The position numbers were made by a program, and so were the translations under genes. The notes beneath the pieces were generated by a model that was not told the DNA's origin, made no database searches, and saw only the letters and a program-made list of their open reading frames with translations. A DNA stretch of 64,000 bases from Podarcis gaigeae (Eukaryota), in NCBI GenBank assembly GCA_964106915.2, contig OZ066916.1; one strand, given 5' to 3'. This document shows, piece after piece, positions 13,001 to 27,070 of the stretch (its first letter is position 1; each line of letters starts with the position of its first letter).

Positions 13001-16000
13001 ATCAAATGCAATATATAGTTTTGCACGACCTCAGCCTATGAAACCACCTTGCTTACCTCACTGGTCTGTATATTTCTTTAACGCCAATAAACTGAAGTTG
13101 TTCCATTATGTCTGGGATACTTGCACATCGGGTAAGATTTATTCTTGGATAATACAGAAGGTAGGATAGGCACATTTCATTTCTGGTGCTAAGACCACCC
13201 TAAAAATGTGAACAAATCAACAATACACACTTCAGGATTTTTTTCAGATCTCTTGGTACCTTTGTTGAGGCTTTATCGAGAATGTTTCCTAAAATTACTC
13301 CTCTTCTTATCAATAATCTTAGGAAAATGCAAATAATGTCCAAAGCAAGGGCAGCAAATAAAACTATAAACTGTATTAATGGCACCCAAGCCATTGTTTA
13401 TTTGTTTGCTGAGTGTGAAACTTTTATTCTTTTCTTACTGCAGCTGAAGTAAAACAGTAGATGGATTATTCATAACAGGTGCTGCCAGATGACTGCAAAA
13501 GTTTTTTTAAAAAAATAAAAAATCTTTCTTCTAGAAGCCTTCCTGCTGTGCTGTTTTTTTCTGAACTAGGACTGTGTGTGCAAATTTCAGAAAGGTAGTG
13601 TTGACAGACAATTCAGTCCTAGAATCTAAGCTTCTCTGCTTGTTCCCAAACCTGACTACTACTGCCCTCTGGTGTTACCTCTGTATATCCATCATGGTTG
13701 CTGCTGCTGCTGCCACTATGTACATAAAACACTAAAAGGATGGCAAGAAAAAGGAGTAGCAGTTAAGGATATAGGACACAGGGCATGTGGCAAAGCCCAC
13801 TGCCCAAATAACCTTGTTCTCTGTACCCTCAAAGTAAAAGTTGGATTTTGTGGCCCCAAACCCACAAGTAAATAACAGAGCCTTAATATGGTACATACAA
13901 GCTAACCAAAAAGTATGCTAAAGGAAGGTTCATATCTTATTTGCTGTGTGCCATACAAATGACCCACGGAGGTGAGACTTATGTCTCAATTATGTCCCAA
14001 TGGCAATGAGATCATTGTAATATATAAAGCATTGTTCTTGAATATTAGATTGGGTCTATTATGGTACACTAAAATTATAGGCAGCAAAGAGGGCCAGATG
14101 CAATTTCTCTGGCATCAGAAGTAAATCTGCTTTATAAGTTTAATAGATCACCTACAGCAAAGCTCTAGCAGCCTTGCAGCTATCTGCCAAGAGTACCTAA
14201 ATGCCTCAAAACAACATTTCCTGCAACATTTTTATCTGAAGACATTTTCATTCTGCCATGTCATGAAGTTTCTTACCCAAGTCATATGTGATCGATTTAG
14301 GGTACTGTAATGACATTCAGTGACCAGATTATCTCCCTGAAACACAACATTTAAGGCAAACACTGTTACAAATGATAATGTTTAAGTCATTTTTTTGGTG
14401 ATCGTTTTAAAATATCTTAAAAGTTTTGAGAAATTGAGTTTTAATATTTTGATTTTTGAAGATGTAGAGGGTAGGCTGAAATTTTATTTTGTGCCACATG
14501 GCATTTATATTTATCAGTAAAAGCATATGTAACAATTTGTTAAAAGGAACTGTAAAATACATTGTAACACAGATTCCAGTTTTCACTGTTTCTTAGAAAC
14601 TCTTCTGCTGTGAGTGGCTCTGCGCCACCCATTCAGGGGCAACGAGCCAATGAGACACTGAGGTGGCCAGCTGGTTCCGCCCTCCTGCGCACCTGGGACT
14701 GGGCAACTGGGGAGGCGCCGGCCGGATCTTTGCACCCCAGTGCCGCATATGCTTAAGACAGCCCTGAGTGGAGTGGCAAATCCCTCTCACTGGATCATGG
14801 GCAGAAATGAATTATTTAAGCCAGGAGGTAGTAACGCTTTTAGTTTGTAACTTCACCAGCAGGTTCATGCAAAACTCTAGAAAGTAGTTGCCCCGAATGA
14901 AGACAGAAAAGGCAAAATACTCTGCCCTGCTAAATTTAATTGTCTGCCAGAAAAGCAAGACCTGTGATACTATTCCCAGAAAGGACATTCATAGGTAAGA
15001 ATATAATATTTTTCCTCTGATCAAGGGCAAGTTGATGCATGCACCTTGCTTGCAAGCAATGTAGCAAAGTGGCATCTTTGGAAAAGAGTTCCTGAACAGC
15101 CAAGTTCAACTCTTCCCTGCAGACCCACACCAAGGTCTTCACAATAATCCTGAGAGACAGTAACTGACCCAGTGTCAGCCAGCGAGCTTCAGGTATAGGT
15201 CCCATGGAACCCAACATAACTTACTCCTGTGTAAACATGGAAATGATTGGCCTGCTCAGCTGCACACTTTCTTGGGAGTATGGGTCATAAAACTCAATGG
15301 AAGTTATATCTAAATAGACATGCAAGGGATTGTGTCAGTAACACAGCAGGCTGCGCCTTGGAACCAGTAAGTCTGCTACGTTCCTGCAATCTGACTGGGG
15401 GCACACGAGGCACAACTGGGTTAGGGATAGGGATGAGTTGTGCCTCTCATCTAGATGGATTCTGTTCTCAGTGGCATCCAATGAATGATATATACATTAC
15501 TGTGGAAGCACATCATGGGCTGAGAAAGATAGAAACTGGGACATTAAATGCATATGTTAAGTGGGCCTGTGAGGCATATGTGGCTGAGAGCTCATTCGAA
15601 TGTACTTGCATACAGCCAGTCTAGTCACCACCACACAAGGATTAAACATTTTGTAGGTCACTGCAGATACTTCTAAATATTCATTTGCAATAGTGTGGGA
15701 AAAGCTTAATACTGCGAGGAGTGGTAGTAGCAGAACAAAACAGCTGCCCAAAGCAGGCAGATAACTTTTGGAGGATTATAAAGTGGCCAGCACATGCCCA
15801 GTGGTCATGTTTATGAATCTTAATACTGTTATTATTGGGGACAATAATGACAACACTTCTCAATCAATGACACTAGGGTCATCTATATGCCACTGCATGA
15901 TCTCTCTCTCTCTCTTGATATCTCTTTTGTTATTTAGTAGTCTATTTGGGAGCTTAGAAGCAAGTTGACTATTTGAAGTAATATTTGATCTCCCCACAAT

Positions 16001-19000
16001 AAGAAAGTTGCTACAGGCAGCAAATTTTCCATGTTTGCAAATGCATAACAGTATTTGTCATGACTAGCCATCCTCAGAGCCCTGAGGTCTATCAGACAGG
16101 CTGCAACTGACAAATGCTGACAGATTTATATGGTGAGGAGCCTTTCAGTCTCAAGTTTCTGCAACTAATATTTAACTCTTATGGCAACCCAAAGTTCTTA
16201 TCAGTAACAAAAACAGCAACAGCCCAAAGGAAAAGCTTATCTTAAACAGAACATCAGTTTAGAATGAAAGGCTGTGAACAGTGAATTAGGAATTGAAAAA
16301 AACCAAGACCTCGAAAATGATTCATGCAAGTAAACATTAGGTTCATTGGAATATGAAGTAATAACTTCTACTGATAAGCCACAGCACAAGACGTGCAAAT
16401 ATATGTAATTGTAGCCTAATTACCCTTCTTTAACAAGACATGCTGATTTGGGGTGGGGCCATGACTGGGGAGAGAAGTGAGGAGGAGGGGGGCTTAACCT
16501 GTCATTTCTCTACTCCAAATGGAAGCTTCTCTTTCCCTTCCCCCATCCCTGCATGGAACAAAATGTGTGTTTTGCAATGGCAAACATGAACTTTTGGTCC
16601 ATGCTGTTGAGGAGGAAAAATGGGGGACAGCTCAGCTTGGAGAAATGGCAAAATGGCAAAAGTATTATTAAATGAAAGAAGCACTGATTCCTACTGGCAA
16701 GATGGTCCTTTCTTCTTTCAGATACTGAAACTCCTGGAAGTTGAAGTCAAACTCATCATCATAGGCCAGAAGTTCCTGCTCGTCACCCTTGCGGAAATGA
16801 CGCATCCTTATACCTCTACCAGCAAGGTGTGCATGGAGGAGCACTGCAAACACATTAATTCCACTTGGCCTCTCAGCATCCAGGGCCTGAAAAGGACCAG
16901 TGAAACTTATCAGATTACCACAGAGGGTGAGAGGACATTCAGTATTAGAAGAGCATATAGACTGCATTGTAATATGCTTACAAAAGCCATTATCCCCTCA
17001 CCACACACACACACTGTAGACAGAATGTTAAAATAATTCCTGCACACATAAGAATTTATTCCTTTTCAAAATAATAATTTTAAGGCAGAGACAGTCCTAC
17101 AAAAGGGAAAAAGAAAGAATCCTTTAAAAAACCTCACAGCAGAAACCATGGAAGCATGTGTAGATTTACAGAGCAGTAATTCAAGTTGTCAGCTTAGTCA
17201 CTGTCCTATGATGGCTGACCAGCAGAACAGACTTTCGAGCTGCTTTTGCTTTCCTTAAAACACTCAGATGTTTGCAAGGTGGGGAGGGGGAGTTTTGGGA
17301 GCTAGAAAATTAAGCAAACTCAGTCTTTAATCACCTCAACTATTCCTGCTTTGTAAGTTCTCACATCCCATCTCAACAGCCCTTCCAGACCAGTCTATTC
17401 CCTCCCTCCATGAGTTTCCAAACACAATATTATTCAGTATTTTAAATAGCATGGTTCGTTCATTGTTTTGCATATGTGCCATTTATTGAAAGTGGAACTC
17501 TCTTCCCCAAGAAAACAGCAAAGCACTGTCAATATTTTGAATAGACTATATTTGCCCAGCTGCCAGAAAACTGGTAACAAAGCTCTACAGAATGAAAGTC
17601 AGAGTTATTAACTGTAGGTCAGTTTTAAAGCACATTCTGTAAGATCAGCAGGAGAAGAAAAATAAAGATCAAGTATTTCTTTTACTATTTCCTGTTCTAT
17701 TTTCATTTGATTTTATTTAACAACTTGCATGCTGCTGTCAGGGATCCAAAGGAATGGTATATGTGCCCTAGAGTTAACTTGGATTCAGGAGTTTGACTTT
17801 TTGCTTCCTCATTACAACTGTTGAAGAGACAGGTCAATTTTAATTACAGTGCAAAGGGTTTTTCAGCAGAGAAAAATGAAGTTAAAAGGCTGAGCTACAC
17901 GTGCAGTTCTGTCTCATGTGCACACAAACCATCTTTTGATCCTGGACCTACTGTACTGCAAATGTCTGTATAGTAATGACTGTATCAGTAGCCACTAGTT
18001 CCTTCAGAAGAAAGCAATTCAAATGTGCTATTTTCAGATAATGCAAAGAATCACAATGAATTGTGCAAGGCATGAGACATACTTCCTCTAGGCATTCCAA
18101 AGTGCAGTGACCCTCTGATGTGAATTCTGGCATGCCCGGTGGGATGTTGTGGAAGAGGCTGACCCAGAGACCTGCTTCAATAACTCCAGCATCGTAGCTC
18201 CTTAAATCTGGGGTATAAAATAGCCTCAGCCCAGAGTTATCTATCATTCCTGAGAACAAAAGAGCAATTGTCAGAAGCAGCCATAAATCAACATAAAGTA
18301 TCCTATCGGGTTTTTTTTAAAGTCGCTTTGGGACCCACTTGTCAAGTTTATGCAAGAAAGTAATGCAAGGGAGAACCTGTGCTTAAGACTGGTCAAAGGG
18401 GGTCACAAAACTGGGAAAGCTGTAAATAAGGTCTTGTCACAAGAAAGTGGTTAATTAGAGCAGGCTGACTTCTGTACTTTTCTGACCTGAACAAAAAAAT
18501 AATGTACGCATCTGTGTTCCTTGTAAGGCCTTTCCAAATAGCCACTCTAGCACAATAAACACATAGTTATCACTCTGTTGTTGTGGGGTATTATCTAAGT
18601 GTCTCTCTCCACCACTCGCACCAAGGAAGCACATCTGAACTGGCAAGCACTTAAGATGCAGTATTCATCAAGGGTGTGGAGGGATGGATCCTTCTGTAAT
18701 GATCTGGAGTTCTGTCAGGGATATTTATTTGATAGTATTTGGTAAGGCTGATCACGAGCAACTCTTTTCTGTCCCATGTTCTCTCCATTTTGTGATGTTT
18801 TTTAAATTTTATTTATTCCTTCTTATATATAAAACATACATATAACAGCACATATAACAGTGGTGGACAAAGGTAAGTCAGGATCTTGGGGTGATTTCTG
18901 GCAGATCAGCAAAACTTTCTGAATCCCAATTGTTTAACAATAGCAACACTAACATACCTTTTTTTTTTTTTTAAAAAAAGATAGTTTGCCAAAACAAATA

Positions 19001-22000
19001 TTTTCTTTCCTGAGTGGAGGAATCAGGACTTGATTGGTATGTAAAAGGATTGTAAGAACAGTTCTGGTCCTAAAAAAAAAAATTATTTGGCTGAACATGT
19101 TTAATTTAATGATAATAATGTGCCAATTAAGACATCCTGGTCCTAAATTCTAAGCGTACAGAAGTTTGCCTGTGCCATCATTTTGATCTGAGTCTAGTTT
19201 GGGAATCTTAAAATTATGCTTAAATAAACGTAGATCCATCATGAGTGAAGTTTACCTTTTCCCTGATACATAGGACCATAAGTGAGGGGTTTTGTTTTCT
19301 GTTAAGCTATTGTTTAATTTGCTATACTCAGTAAAAGTTAGGACTGAAGCCCAGGTCCCACTTCTTTCAATATTAACACCCTTTGATGAACTATATCTAT
19401 AAAAAAGGGGGGCTGTCCAATACAATTGTGATTTTAAAGGAATAACAAAATTAACAAATCAGCAACGCTAGGAGACAGAAGCAATCATTTTGTCTATGGT
19501 GAGCTGATTTCAACAAATCTCTGCAGTATTTTTCCACTTTCGTAATATGACAGGACAGACAGTAAAGTGTAGTTGGCTATCAGCATCACTGCATGTCTTA
19601 TCACAGTTTGTCTTATGAAATATCTTATCTTTTCTGGTTCAGACAGCCCTTTCTCATTATTATGAATCTTTTAAAATCTAAGACTTTAAAGTTTTTAAGT
19701 GGCTAATTGTTGTTTGGATTTTTCTTGTCTTTTAACATGCTACGAGCTGTTTTGAGTGGAGCTAATCTCTCCCAGCCACTGTGCAAGAGAGTCAGCCAGA
19801 CAGCCAGTCTCGGAGTAAATCCCAAGTCCCTCCCTCCTCAGTCAAGTAGCTCCTCGTAGTATCAAGATAGTATCTGCAAGGTCCTTGTTACCCTAGACAG
19901 ACAGGTCAAGTTGGAAGTATGGAGAACCCAGTTGCACAACACACCCAGACAGGTGAGGAAGCATTTGTTTTGGAAAGGAAAACTACTCAGCACATGCTCA
20001 GAGGCAGTCAGCCTATGTGCCAGAATTTCTGTAAATCAACATTTACAAAAACTGATGGAAGCTTCCAAACTTGGTTATACGTCACCCAGAGGTTGCCTTG
20101 TTTGGGTGACTGATGCAATAAATAAACAATTGTATTATTCCCCCCCCCCCCACACAATATGTTGATAACTAAAACAGTACAGCTTCAAAATTTCATTCAA
20201 ATGTTGATCTGTAAAAAGTCAAAATGACTTTGATGCCATGCAAAAATATTACCACCCATCACATCTTTAAGAGATTCAGAAGTAAAAGATGTGCATTTTT
20301 CCCCAATATTTTGGTGAAAAAGTTTGTCCTTTTGAAATTCAGATTAAGTTGTGCAGTGCAAAAAGAGGGGCTGCAATTTCACATAAATACTGTACCTGGA
20401 AGTAAAGCATATACTTTGTACTGAAGCATATGTCAACCTGTGCTTCCATGTACAGTATTTCAAACATTGCGTTCTCCACGTGAATATGGGCAAGAGCTAG
20501 GACAAGCCCAGGATGTTCACAAAGAAGATTATCATCAGCACTGACACTTTAAGAAAAAGTGGGATTTCATTCCCTGTTAGCTGTTTCATTTTCTGGGATG
20601 AGCAGGCTAGGAAGCCAATGCATTTGGCATATTTTACTAATTTAGAAAGTTAAAAAGTAGTTAAGAAACATACCCTCCATGTATGATGGGTTGTCATAAT
20701 GAACTTCCATAAGCACATACTGAGGATCTGATGCTGTCCCGATAGATAAGCCAACATGAGGAGGATATGTAAAGCCCTAGAATTTGAAACATGCAAACAC
20801 AATTAACCAGGTTCTACCAAAAGTTCTAATAATTTAGTTTGGAACGTATTTCAGCCTCATATGTCAACTAGAGAAAATGGCAGATCCCTTAGGACTGACA
20901 CTTACCAGAAATTGCTGATACTAAATATATCTATGTCTGCATGTAAACATGCAGTAATTTGGGGGTTTTGTGTACCTTTTGTGTATATTTCGTATTTTTT
21001 TACTATACATACATTTGCTCCCATCATTCTACCAAAGGGGAAAACTGGTACTGATACTTGGACCTTGTTTACCTCCTTTCCTTATCTGTTGTTGGCCAAA
21101 GTGTAATGAAGGTGTATCACTATCAGACACTATAGGAACAAGCTTAGGATCAGTGTACTGTATGGTTGGACAGTGTTCTCGAAGCTACAAACATGAGTCT
21201 GACCAAACTACGGGAGACAGTGGGAGAAAGGAGTGCCTGGCGTGCTCTGGTCCATGGGGTCACAAAGAGTTGGACACGACTAAACGACTAAACAACAACA
21301 ACTGTATTCCAAATTCATAGATTTATAGCCTGCCTTTCAATGCATACAAAGATTTCAATGCATTTTAAAGAACAATGTAATTTTTAATTTTTAAAGAACA
21401 ACCAACAGCTAAAATTCTTCAAGCACATCACATTAATCAATCAAAAATGCAGACTACGGTAAAAACACTTGTCAGTTTTCCTAAAAACACCAGCAATGAT
21501 CAAGGCACATATATTCCACTAAGGAGAGAGCTCTGCCCTACACCCTCAGATTTCCCAACTGGAATTTCCCAATATTGGATCATTTTTTTCTTAATCTAGG
21601 CTGAGTTTATACAGATTTATACCACAGGAATCATATTATTCTGAGTAATGACATATAATTTTAAAATTATTCATTGTTGTCTCTTGTTTACCTTGGAAAA
21701 ATTCTCAGAATACAGAAATGTGCTCAACAGCTAGATTTAATGTTGATGGTATTTAACCATCCTGAGACCAAGTTCAATTTGTTCCATGTAACAATTTTTG
21801 GCTCAACAAGACTCTGGCAGCTGGGCTTTAGATTTCATCATGTTCAATACAGGCAACAACTTAGAGAATGTACATCAATCATGACTAATTTAAGTCCTAC
21901 TGATTTCAATGGACTTCTGCTGCCAGAGTTCATTAGGTGAATTCTGCCCATAGTGTCTATTAGCAAAATAAGTTACAAAAACCATATATCTTACCTCTCC

Positions 22001-23520
22001 TCCAATGGCCCAGGCAAAAATGACTGTTTCACAGGTGAGGAATGAATCTGGCATGTTTGGATGATAGCACTCATGACCATAGTCCAATACACTATCATTC
22101 AGACTGCTGCTACATTGATAGAGTAGAATGTGATGAACCAAATTTTCATGGCCTTTCTGTATCAATGGTTCAACCTGTTAATGTAATAAAAGTCAATGAA
22201 TTTAATACTGTTTTATCTTAGCAAATGTTAACAGCATTTGAAGAAGCAGGCCCCAGTCTAAATAGCTACAATCACAATTATATATTAAAGATATCATGAA
22301 AACGTTTAAATCATTTTGTGAAAAATTACACATCTGACTTGATGTTTGGTTTGCCCTGACTTGGTGTTTGGTTTGCAGATTATTCATGTGCCTTACACAT
22401 TGGGAGGGATCATAACTCAATTGTAGATTATACAGTTTGCATGAATTATTTTTCAGGTTCCATCCCTGTTTGTTAGCTAAGGCCAACCCATCTAACCAGA
22501 ATGTTCTCTTCTCCCATCCTGAAGACCTCCTGGATATGCATACTTCCATTCTGCAAGTATGGGAAAAGAATAATAGAATCATAGAATTGTAGAGTTGGAA
22601 GGGACCCTGAGGATCATCTAGTCCAACCCCCTGCAAAAAATGAAGAGAGTCTGTGGATACATGTAAAATGGATGGCTGGGGAGTGTGATATGGCACAGCA
22701 AAGCATATACTTCTTAATAATATAATTATGTTATACTAAGACAAAACAGCAACAACACAGACTTTTATGGGTATGGTGAACAAGAGCAGGACCTTGATTC
22801 ATAGTTAAACTGGGGAGGACTTTGAGTAAGGCCTCCTCGCTGCTTTATTCTGCCCTGTAGGAGCTATCATGGTACCGCGGAAGCGAAATAAAACGACAAC
22901 CAGTTTTCACACACTGATCATTTCAAAGTAAGTACAGTAAAGATGCAGGGTTGTATCTCAGATTTCTGTAGTTTCCACCATCTTACATGCCCCCATGTAA
23001 AAAGGACAGGTGCTCACACTATAACTAGTTTCTGAGCTATCAGAAAAGGGAAGAGTAGAAGCATAAATGAAAGCCGCAGTTACATTGCCCTAAAACCAAT
23101 GGCAGTTTTTTAAACTGAATGCTACAGTGTAACAATGATGACAAAATCCACTTACTTTTGATACAAATAAAATAAGACGGGAACCAGCAAAAAAGCTAGG
23201 AGGATGTTCTATTGATCTCTGCTTGAAATAACGGAGTACTTGCCCAAACGTGTGATACACCCACCTGCCTCTAAAGGACACCGACACCTGCTGTTCTTCT
23301 ACTCAGAGCTTAAAGCAACAACAACAACAACCTCTCCTTCAAAGCAATGGGTCATCACCAAAGTTGGCAATCCTTTCACTGTCAGTTTCCTAAACATCAA
23401 TTCAAACAAGTATTCTTTTGTTCAGTTCCCTTTCTATTGAAAAAGAGAATCTTCCAAAAGGTAAACAGTTTATGTATAACGCCCTTCTGCCTTTGCCAGA
23501 CATTTTGCAGGAGGCTTTGT

Positions 23521-23568
<48 letters not shown>

Positions 23569-23569
23569 T

Positions 23570-23605
<36 letters not shown>

Positions 23606-26600
23606 AACATTCATGAGAAGCATCAGCCCATTAATTTGATAATAATTATATAAGGTGACAAATCACTGTCTTTACAGCTGGACAAGAGGCTGGAAATAAC
23701 CCCTTAATTATCTGACTTGTGTAAAAATGCATGCAAATATATATTGTAAATATATTTTTCATTACCCATTAAACTATATGGCAGTTACCAAAAAAAAAAA
23801 AAAATCCTTGCAAGCTTAAGATGACAAGGGTGAAAATTTCAGGACATAATAAAATGAGACTTTTATCTTACATGCATACATTTTCTTCTACAGAACCTTT
23901 TAAATATCTGGTGGTTATATGTTGTGTTTTATGAAATGTACTGTAAGAGCTTTACAGGGCTATCATCCATGAGAAGTATCCAATTCTGACTGATACAGCA
24001 CTTTTGTCTTTATATATTCAAAGTACACTCAAGAGCAGCACTGAAGCGGGTGAGGAGACAGAATGCAAGCAGCCCTTCTACATTTCTGTTATCTGTGTGG
24101 CTATTGCTATCACAGAGCTAGTATGTTGGGGAACTGCTTCCTCCCAATGCTTACTCCACAGGTGTGGTATCAAGAGTATCTCACTGATGCTCTTTGCACA
24201 CAGACCCATTGCCATGTTGAGCACTTGAGCATTTCCAGTACATGTCAACACCTGCTGCAGAATATGAATGTGTCAAAGACCAATCGCTGTTACTGCACTT
24301 CTCCCATGGAAAGAAAGAAGCATAATGAGCCCTGGGCCAGAAAAATATCAGCAGCAATTAAATGTGGCAATGACAAGTGGTTTGAGTGTACACACTTGTG
24401 GATGTGTCTATAGGGAAGGCTTGAATATAACAAGAGAGGCATTTGTACCTATTCCAAGGACAGGCCAACTCAGTCTGTACTGAGGACTGAAAGAGCTAGA
24501 CAGAGCCAAAGACAGGGAAGAACAGGGTCGGATTTAGGTTTGATAAGGCCCTAACCTATTGGAGGTAATGGGGCCCTTTATATGTCCAGCTGTCCTTTGT
24601 CAACAACAAATTGTAACTGTTTTTGTGTGTTGAATTTATGCTATATGGTAATTTCTGGACCCAATAGGTATCTAAAGCCATTTGCCACTGCTGCTGTATG
24701 GAGGTTTCATTTTATTTGTTGTTTATCTTATATTTTGGAAATGTACATCCAGGGTTTTTTTCCCCTTTAAATTTTTTGGGGGGCCCACAAGAGAGTGGGG
24801 CCCAAAGCTGTAGCTTGTTTAGCTTGTATGTAAATCCGGCACTAGGTAAGAATATAATAAGAGCTTGCTGGATCAGGCCAATGGCCTATCTAGTCCAGCC
24901 TCCTGTTCTCATAGCAGCCAAACAAATTCTTCCCTTTCCACCCCAGTGGAAATGCCATACTTTCCTTAGCTACCAAAGTAAAAATAAGAGATGGTACAGG
25001 GGCAACTATGGAGATTGCTTACACAGCTACTTCCTTCCACAACTCTTATATGCCCTACTAAAATTCAGGTACAGGCTTAGTCCACAATTCTGCCCACACA
25101 GCCTCAGGAACAAATCTATTTTGCTATTAGCTCTATTCTTTGCCTTTGCAGAGTTCACTGGGCTTTTCCCTCTACACATCCCAAGGTCCCCTCAGCCAGA
25201 GGAATATTTGAAATCAAAAATTGCCATTTGACAACCCTAAGATCGTGACCCCCATCACCGAGAACAGAGGAGTCAGCTCCTTTTTGTCTCTTCATCTTCC
25301 TAGGCACATCTTGGGTTATTTATATTATGAGTGCACAGCCAGGGGCATGTGCATTTTATTTACTAGTGCCTAGTATAAAAAGATTCTCTTGCATTTTATC
25401 TTAACCTTAAACAAGCTGGTGAAATATTATACACCTTGCTGCTGACATCTGTAAGAGCTGAAGTAATGCTAGGATTCTGTACTCTCTGAAATGCTTTGGA
25501 GTGTATGTTTGCCTTCTTAATAAGCATGTTTTCATTTTAACCAGAAGTAGTTAAGACATTGGGTGTTTTAACTTGTTTTTTTCTAGGTGAAACCACCCAA
25601 ATTCCTTGTACTTACAGTACCTTAGTATATGTGGTGTAGACGAGTTGACAAGAAAATCAATAACTGGAAGAAGGAAGAGGTTTAGAAGCTTTTATAAATC
25701 TAGTACTCCACTGTGAGTACTAGATTTCCAGACAGCCTGGTATATGAAGTGGCTTTGGTAATAACAGTAACAAATTATAACAACTGCAAACTACATGAAA
25801 ATGTCTTTTAAGTTGGAAGGAAAGTAAGACAGACAGACTCCTTAGATTCTCCATAATTGACAAAACACATAATGAAAATTAATCTAGGATTTCAAGGAGA
25901 AGAAATTGTGATGAAATTCCGTAGTTTATTCTTCTATTTACAAAATCATTCCTAACAGTTCTGTTCCAATAATTATACAGTACAGTAAGCTCACAACTTA
26001 CACACATTTAACTTGGCCACATTCAGCTGTATGCAGGTGGCAATTTTATTTATTTTATTTTTCTAAAAGGCTGCAAAAAAGGTGGCTTCTGGGGAAAATG
26101 CCTTTGGCAATCTCACCTGCCACTGAATCCAATGGTTTTTGACTATATGAGATTTTGGCAATCCCTGGACCCTAACCCCCGTGTAATTTGCAAGCTTAAT
26201 GTATGCTGTTTTAAGATTGGAAAGGAATAATGACATCATGGATATGTAGTTAATTTTATTGTTAATTATATTTCACAAGTTTGTGGACTAAGCAAAATAA
26301 TAAGGATTTGTTAATCAATTAATTAGCATACTTTCATACTTCACAATATCAATCTTGGGTGATAAACTAAATGGCTAAGCAATATAACCAGCTGCAGAGG
26401 GCTGTGCCCCTTTTGAGAGTAAATATACAGTATTTCTAAGCTGCAATGTATTTCCTATGTGTTGATTGATTTTATATATCATGAAATATTTGTGTTTGTA
26501 TTTAGAACGAATATTTTTCCTCTGCAATTACCTGCAAGATTACACTTACTCCCTTGCTTCCCCCAAAATACTTTTTGCATTCTATACGTTGCTAAAATTG

Positions 26601-27036
26601 CAAGATAAAAAAGCAGCTGTCAAGTTCAAGTTCCATGAACAAGTTGGCAAGAAATACTGTAATGTCACCTATAACTCTGATCACAGGCAATGTCGTTTGT
26701 CTGCCTGACATTCCCTGATGCTAGAGGCTTGATGCTGAGACCGTCAAACAGTTACTATCAAAATGCAATTAGTATGAATTTAAAGGAGCCAAAGAATGAA
26801 AAACACATTTTAAAAAATATTCTTCCCTATAAGGCATCTCAAAATTATGTGTGATACTAGTTCTGATTAGGTTCTTTTATGCATACTGCAGCCACACAAT
26901 CATATCTGTATTAATGGGAGAGCATCTGGGTGGATGCTTAAGGCATTGGGGGGGGGGTGCGCAAAACTATAGGAGCATCCATATGAAAAGAAAAAAATAT
27001 ATTTCATTGGAGACCAGGGTCCATCTTTTAAGATAC

Positions 27037-27070
<34 letters not shown>

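Noticed and set aside
24698-25231. 177-aa ORF antisense to MOXD1 intron 4
   Set aside because: Runs across a hAT MITE and a CR1 tail; no protein-like features.
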